A stretch of 32,000 nt of DNA from Ignicoccus islandicus DSM 13165. Lineage in GTDB: Archaea; Thermoproteota; Thermoprotei_A; Sulfolobales; Ignicoccaceae. Positions 26,797 through 32,000 of this stretch are shown one piece after another; positions within the stretch are counted from its first letter, which is position 1; every line of letters begins with the position of its first letter. Where the stretch lies: NCBI RefSeq assembly GCF_001481685.1, contig NZ_CP006867.1, positions 1,110,001-1,142,000 of the forward strand, in the 5' to 3' direction. The translations under genes were made by a program, and so were the position numbers. Below the pieces are notes generated by a model, which was not told the DNA's origin, did not search any database, and was given only the letters and a program-made list of their open reading frames with translations.

Positions 26797-27333
26797 TCAA
26801 GTTATTAGTTCCTTAACTTTCTCCGCTAGCTCCTTAGGAGCTGCTTCAATCTTCACTTCTTCACCGTTCCTCAGCTTTATTATTATCTCCGAGTAACCCA
26901 TGAGTTTACCGAGAGCGTCCGTAGCTACTGTAACTTCGCCAATAACGTTCTTTGGAATGCTTCTAACCTTACTATATAGTGGGAACTCCACCGATATCGT
27001 TAAACCTTCATCGCTTAAGACGTACTTCATTGACCTAACGTAGATTACTAACATGTAGAATTCCACGGCAACTACTATTAGAGCTAACGCCGCGTACAAG
27101 GGACCGTAGAGGTAAAAGAGAATCATTGAAGGCAGTAATGAAATCAAAGTGAGTACGAATGCCCTTTTCGATACGAAGTACGAGAGCGCTATCACGGCAA
27201 TTGGCAGAGCGTACCAATAGCTCCTGTAACTTTCTGGTACGAGAGGTGCCGCTAGGATAGCGATCGCGCTCAAGATTAACATTAATATTTCGCTAAAGTA
27301 AGCTCTCAAGGTAGGCTTTATGACTACTTCCAA
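26797..27333 (-). CDS. Membrane protein, two or more N-terminal TM helices plus a soluble domain (possibly bacterial-PH-like)
   Basis: ILMLILSAIAILAAPLV, YWYALPIAVIALSYFV, ALTL...LLPSMILFYLYGPLYAALALIVVAVEFYMLVIYV, then the soluble segment YVLSDEGLTISVEFPLYSKVRSIPKNVIGEVTVATDALGKLMGYSEIIIKLRNGEEV. Confidence 0.65.
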   Translation of the reverse strand: MEVVIKPTLRAYFSEILMLILSAIAILAAPLVPESYRSYWYALPIAVIALSYFVSKRAFVLTLISLLPSMILFYLYGPLYAALALIVVAVEFYMLVIYVRSMKYVLSDEGLTISVEFPLYSKVRSIPKNVIGEVTVATDALGKLMGYSEIIIKLRNGEEVKIEAAPKELAEKVKELIT

Positions 27334-27442
27334 ACTCTTCTAACCCAGCTAACTCTCTAATGCGAGGTCTTTTATCGCTATTTTTCGTTGCAAGTGATCA
27401 ATTTTTATTTCGGATCTTCGGAAAGCTTGGCGGTAAGGCTTC

Positions 27443-27928
27443 TTGAAATCTAAGCTCTATTGCGAAATGTGTGGATCCCCAATAGAAGGAAAGGCGTATC
27501 GAGTGGTAGTGGAAGGAACGGAAATGTTGCTCTGCGAGAGGTGCTACAGATCAGTTAGGGCGAAGGCCGTTCCGACTACTACTAAGAAGAAGGTCGAGAA
27601 AAAGGAGGAAAGGAAAGTTGAGAAGCCTAAGAAGAAGGTAGTTGAATACGAAATCGTAGAGGACTACTACGAGAGAGTTAGGGAGGCGAGGGAACGCTTG
27701 GGAATGAGTAGGGCTGAGCTTGGAATGAAGGTCGGAGTTGGTGAGAATGTTATAAAGAGAATTGAACTTGGTAGGTTGGAACCGGACCTAGAACTGGCTA
27801 AGAAGTTGGAAAAGGCGCTTAACGTAAAGTTAATCCGGAAGGTAGAATACACGGAGGAGGAAGGTCAGGCGAAGCTACCATCCGAAGAACTAACTTTAGG
27901 AGATATAGTGGTCATAAGGAAAGATTGA
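27443..27928 (+). CDS. Multiprotein bridging factor 1 homolog (aMBF1)
   Basis: N-terminal zinc ribbon CEMCGSPI...CERCY and C-terminal Cro/C1 HTH VREARERLGMSRAELGMKVGVGENVIKRIELGRLEPDLELAKKLEKAL. Confidence 0.92.
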   Translation: MKSKLYCEMCGSPIEGKAYRVVVEGTEMLLCERCYRSVRAKAVPTTTKKKVEKKEERKVEKPKKKVVEYEIVEDYYERVREARERLGMSRAELGMKVGVGENVIKRIELGRLEPDLELAKKLEKALNVKLIRKVEYTEEEGQAKLPSEELTLGDIVVIRKD

Positions 27929-28125
27929 AGGCTCGGGTGGGGTCCAGCAATCTCCTCATTTCATCAGATGGACCGGACCCTCCTCATAGCCCAAACTTTC
28001 ATAGCGCCTTTTGAGATCTAAAAGGAGTTCCCGAGATCTGTGAAAAGTTGCGGCGTTAGAATGATTAGTTCTTGAACCAGCTAATTTAGGAGCTGTTAGC
28101 TTCCTTAAGCCCTTCCATGAATTAA

Positions 28126-30021
28126 TCAAGTAATTGGAGTACCCCTCACTACTACTCCCCTATAGAAGTCGTTGAGTATAGTGGCGTTGTTAGGCAATCT
28201 CATTACTATTACCTTCTCGAAGGAAGGAAGCTTATTTCCTATCACATAGATTACGGGCTTCCCATTAACGGTTAAATAATTTATTGGGCATTCGTTGAGA
28301 ATAGTTACGTTTAGCAGATCGCTAATGCCCTCTACTTTCTCGTTGAGGTAATTAGGCGTGAGCTTGTACGCCCTCTGTATGATTCCATTTAAGGGATATC
28401 CGGGAGGATAGCTGGCCCAACCCCTTACGTAGTCGCTGTAATTACCGGGCTCAACGATTACCCAGACGTACTTTAAGTTGCTTTCGTGAATGGCAAAGAG
28501 CCAAGGAACGTATTCGTAAAGGTTATCTCTATCTACCGAGTAGACGAGGCCGATGACCGAGTAACCCCTTTCCTTCAACCACTTGGTCATCTCCTTCGCT
28601 ATTGGGTACGTGTATTCGTAGTACTTTTCCACATGGCTATTGAAACTTACGTAATCTCCTGCCCTAAATCCATTGTAGGGGTTTAACCAGAGCCAGAGGA
28701 CTGCAAGTTTCTCGCCATTGACGGGCGCTACGTATCGAGCCTCGCCACTGCTTAGCGTAACTGAGTTCGTTACTAGAACCAAGTAAACTACATACAAGAC
28801 CATGAACTTCCTCCAATCCATATATCTCTTACTAAAGACATATAGCGTAATTACTATCGTTACGTGATATAGTAAAAGCGAGAGCGCCCCAATAGCTGAA
28901 AACAGTCCTTGTAGTCCCAAGGTGCCCCTATAAAGGTACACTATACTCAAGCCGAGTCTATTCAGTATGTCCTCAGCCAAGTAACCTAGAGGGCCGTAAG
29001 CTGTCCCGAAGACCAGGTCGACGAAGGTAGCGAATACGCTCGGTAATACTAACCATTTGAAATCTACCCCATAGATCATTAACAAGATCAATGGAATTAC
29101 TAAGTTTTGAGGACTTATAACTTTACTAAAGAGAATGAAGGCTAGAGCGGAAAGCGCTAGAGCGGAACCGAACTTCCCTCTTAAGGACTTGATTAAAGAC
29201 GCTATAACGAATAACGAGAACGTCACGGATAGAACGTAGTAACCGATTCCGTTCTTGGGCAAAGGTTTCCCGAAGCAAGGAGCAACTATATTAGCTATGT
29301 GAAAGGTCGCCACGTCGCCTGCTATTATGAGTAACGGGATTCCAGTGTATCCAAGGGAAGCGGGCGGTCTCTCGTTATGCATTGAAAGGACATTGGAAAC
29401 GTAACCTTCGCTAAGGAAGGGTAAGTTCAATGAAGCAAAGAGTAAGGTAGTTAGAATCAGGTCTCTAAACCTTCTCTCCCTTATCCACATTCCAACGAAA
29501 GCCGGTAACGCTATCCATGAAGTCTGTTTCGTACTTAAGGAAAGAGCCAAAGGTATCCAGTAGAACCCATCGCCTATTCGCATTCGATACAAAGCTTCGA
29601 CTAGTAGCGACGAAGCCAGTACGTCTGGCATACCGTGAACGGATGCTGTAAACCAAACGAGGGGATTCAATAGAATGAAGTTCCGAGAACCGCTCTTGAT
29701 CTCCTCGAGGCGCCTAGCCATCCAAAAGACTGCCGCTACTAGGACTATTTTCTCTATTACTCTGAAAGTCGTTAAGTTCAGCATCCCCAAGGTCTTGAGG
29801 GGTAGGGAGAGCGCCCCCCATACTAAGAGGGCGAACGGAGGGTAAGCGTACCATTGAGGGTACGTAACGGGGTTGGAATAGATCCAAGGTGTACTGGGAT
29901 CTACATTGTATGGATTAGTGAAGTTAAGTAAGAGCGCGGTTGCTCTGAAGAATACCGTGAAGTCGTAATGGTGAGATGTTAAGGAGATCGGCAGTAAGTA
30001 CAGCAGCGCCTCTATTATCAT
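28126..30021 (-). CDS. Multi-TM GT-C/DUF2029-like glycosyltransferase candidate
   Basis: YDFTVFFRATALLLNFTNPYNV...YPQWYAYPPFALLVWGALSLPL, repeated TM helices, ALSLSTKQTSWIALP, soluble C-terminal domain. Confidence 0.6.
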   Translation of the reverse strand: MIIEALLYLLPISLTSHHYDFTVFFRATALLLNFTNPYNVDPSTPWIYSNPVTYPQWYAYPPFALLVWGALSLPLKTLGMLNLTTFRVIEKIVLVAAVFWMARRLEEIKSGSRNFILLNPLVWFTASVHGMPDVLASSLLVEALYRMRIGDGFYWIPLALSLSTKQTSWIALPAFVGMWIRERRFRDLILTTLLFASLNLPFLSEGYVSNVLSMHNERPPASLGYTGIPLLIIAGDVATFHIANIVAPCFGKPLPKNGIGYYVLSVTFSLFVIASLIKSLRGKFGSALALSALAFILFSKVISPQNLVIPLILLMIYGVDFKWLVLPSVFATFVDLVFGTAYGPLGYLAEDILNRLGLSIVYLYRGTLGLQGLFSAIGALSLLLYHVTIVITLYVFSKRYMDWRKFMVLYVVYLVLVTNSVTLSSGEARYVAPVNGEKLAVLWLWLNPYNGFRAGDYVSFNSHVEKYYEYTYPIAKEMTKWLKERGYSVIGLVYSVDRDNLYEYVPWLFAIHESNLKYVWVIVEPGNYSDYVRGWASYPPGYPLNGIIQRAYKLTPNYLNEKVEGISDLLNVTILNECPINYLTVNGKPVIYVIGNKLPSFEKVIVMRLPNNATILNDFYRGVVVRGTPIT

Positions 30022-30043
30022 TTAAGCACCGATGGCGAAGTTC

Positions 30044-31999
30044 TCAAGGAGAGGTTTTAGGAGTATTTCCTAAAACGTATGTCGCAACTTCCCTAACGTA
30101 AGTTCCGAAGGATTTCCCTTTGGAGGCCTTTTCCAAGTACTCCCTCCAACTCAGTCCCATCCTCTCTTTCCAAACGGGATAGACTGACTTAAGGTTGCTT
30201 AGAGCGATTTCGTGGACCTCGCAGAACTGCCCGACTCTGGGTCTACCGCATATCGGGCAAGGGTTAGAGGGCTCTAAGTCCCCTAGTGAGTAAGCCAAGC
30301 TTAAACCGACTTCCCCTAGCCTCGGTAAATACTTTGATATCAACCTCTTCAACTCGCTCTTCGCCTCCTCTACTACTTCTTCCCTCTTCCTCTTACCAAG
30401 CCGCACGTTCTCCATCTCGATTTCGAACTTCCTCGTTAATTCAACGCTCGTCAACTCGGGGAAGAAGTTCAGCAGGACGGAGGCAACTGCTATACCCAAG
30501 TCAGTCGCGTAGACCTTACCCTTCAAGTCCCTCAAGTAACCCCTCTTAAACAACGTCTCTACTATCCTGGCCCTCGTAGCTTCAGTTCCAATTCCAACCT
30601 TCTCCATCCATTTAACAAGGCTCGCCTTAGTGTACCTCTCGGGCGCTTTAGTCAATTGCTGTCTCAAGGAACAACTTACCTCAACGACCTCGCCCTTCGA
30701 GAAGTCAGGTAATTCCTTCTCTTGAGGTGCAGAGAATGGGTAATATAAGCTCCATCCCTTCCATAAGGTTCTCCTTCCGGTAGCCTTCACCGTTACCCCA
30801 TTGACTTCCAATTCTACAGTTACTACCTCGTATTTGGCTTCGGTGGCCATAGTAGCCATGAAGCGCCTCACTATTAGGTCGTATATCATTGCATGTTCCT
30901 TATCGAGACCACTTGGGACTTTACCGGTAGGGTAAATGGCCGGATGCGCTGGATCGTCTTTCGGGCCGTTATTAGGTTGGAGGACGCCCTTCGTTTCCTT
31001 AATTAGTGCATAAACGTACTTCGAATACTGCGACTTCTTTAATGCGTCTAGTATTCCCCTCAAGTCTAAGTCCTTCGGATACTTCTGGCTATTAGTCCTT
31101 GGATAAGAGATATATGCGTCTAGATACAAGTCTTCAGCTATTTTCTGTGTCTTGGCTGGTGAGAAACCGAACAGCCTGGCGGCCTCTTGCTGCAAATCGG
31201 GAAGGTTGAACGGGTGAGGCGGTCTGAGCCTCTCAACTCTAGAAACGACGTCTCTAACCACGCCTCTATTGCACTTGCTTTTCCATGAGAGAGTCTCGCT
31301 CTTCTTCTCGAACTTAATAGATGGTTCAAACGTAACTCCCTTTGACGAAATTGTAATTGAAAAGTAGGGTAACGGAACGAAGGTACCGATCTGAAGTTCC
31401 CTCTTGACGGCTTCCAGTAAGGTCGGGCTCTGCACCCTTCCGGCCGATAAACTCTTCGATCTCCCGGTTGCCTCCCTATAGGCCCTCATTAACGCCCTCG
31501 AGACGTTTATTCCCCAGAGCCAGTCCAGTTCGTGTCTCGTTAGTCCGGCCTCCACCATTTCCCAATCTAACGGTCTCAAGTTCCTCCAAGCTCTCCTCAG
31601 CTCTTGGGGAGTCAGTGCGTGAAAGACCATTCTCCTTGCCTTTCGCAAGTCGCCTAAGTTCTTGATTACCATAAAGCCAATCACAGATCCTTCGATATCG
31701 TAGTCACATGCATTAACGTATAGAGAAGCTCCTTTGGCGACCTTACCTAGGACTAAAAGGAACTTTTTAGTATGGGAGGAACTTTTATCTATCTCGTACA
31801 AGGGTTTCCACTCGTATGAGTAGATGGGGAACGAATTGGACTTGGCAGCTATTCCGTACAAGTGGCCCGCCGCAGACGCTACTATTATTTTAGTTCCATT
31901 AACAACTTCCCAATAAGGAACGTTGTATAACTTCTTCTTTTTCGGAGTGCCGAGGGCCGAAGCTATCTTTTCGGCCGCCTTAGGCTTCTCGGCTATCAC
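30044..31999 (-). CDS. topA: DNA topoisomerase I, type IA (5' end at the window edge, possibly incomplete)
   Basis: IAEKPKAAEKIASAL, ACDYDIEGSVIGF, GRVQSPTLLEAV, LYLDAYISYPRTNSQKYP (active Tyr), GIGTEATRARIVETLFKRGYL, C-terminal CPICG. Confidence 0.93.
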   Translation of the reverse strand: MIAEKPKAAEKIASALGTPKKKKLYNVPYWEVVNGTKIIVASAAGHLYGIAAKSNSFPIYSYEWKPLYEIDKSSSHTKKFLLVLGKVAKGASLYVNACDYDIEGSVIGFMVIKNLGDLRKARRMVFHALTPQELRRAWRNLRPLDWEMVEAGLTRHELDWLWGINVSRALMRAYREATGRSKSLSAGRVQSPTLLEAVKRELQIGTFVPLPYFSITISSKGVTFEPSIKFEKKSETLSWKSKCNRGVVRDVVSRVERLRPPHPFNLPDLQQEAARLFGFSPAKTQKIAEDLYLDAYISYPRTNSQKYPKDLDLRGILDALKKSQYSKYVYALIKETKGVLQPNNGPKDDPAHPAIYPTGKVPSGLDKEHAMIYDLIVRRFMATMATEAKYEVVTVELEVNGVTVKATGRRTLWKGWSLYYPFSAPQEKELPDFSKGEVVEVSCSLRQQLTKAPERYTKASLVKWMEKVGIGTEATRARIVETLFKRGYLRDLKGKVYATDLGIAVASVLLNFFPELTSVELTRKFEIEMENVRLGKRKREEVVEEAKSELKRLISKYLPRLGEVGLSLAYSLGDLEPSNPCPICGRPRVGQFCEVHEIALSNLKSVYPVWKERMGLSWREYLEKASKGKSFGTYVREVATYVLGNTPKTSP

Positions 32000-32000
32000 C

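Noticed and set aside
27929-28125. Possible structured RNA in the gap after MBF1 (GGGTCC...GGACCGGACCC complementarity and two GAGATCT copies)
   Set aside because: Only short, imperfect complementarity and no recognisable sRNA boxes. It cannot be separated from chance by eye.

Overview
This 32 kb window is mostly ordinary, gene-dense archaeal chromosome. The informational genes point to a crenarchaeon, probably a hyperthermophile of the Desulfurococcales/Ignicoccus type; that placement is inference. Recognisable housekeeping genes are proteasome beta, L37e, an Sm-like protein, an XPB-like helicase, an intron-containing tRNA-Met(CAT), a NOL1/NOP2/sun-family methyltransferase, a fused chorismate mutase-prephenate dehydrogenase, the C-terminal half of transketolase, TrmI, a radical-SAM activase, a UbiD-family decarboxylase, PCNA, PriS, an FprA-type flavoprotein, an M20/LysK-like peptidase, Dph2, Nop10 (missing from the ORF track), aIF2-alpha, MBF1 and topoisomerase IA. 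The main accessory element is a CRISPR array at 14223-14915, with 11 repeats of 26 bp (CTTTCTATTCCCTCTTGGATCTCTAC on +, crRNA sense on -). One or two progressively decayed repeats lie beyond its distal end, two perfect hairpins lie next to those, and a roughly 500 bp gene-free region lies on the leader side. No cas genes are in the window. Other items worth a second look: a pilin-like gene apparently split at a G6 tract, a MinD/ParA-like protein with a destroyed Walker A motif, a membrane-anchored CxxCH protein with a Reeler-like segment, a secreted protein with seven or more 22-aa DxDxDG repeats, and operator-like palindromes around the promoter of a NifX-like gene. I found no convincing wholly new multi-gene defence or metabolic system.
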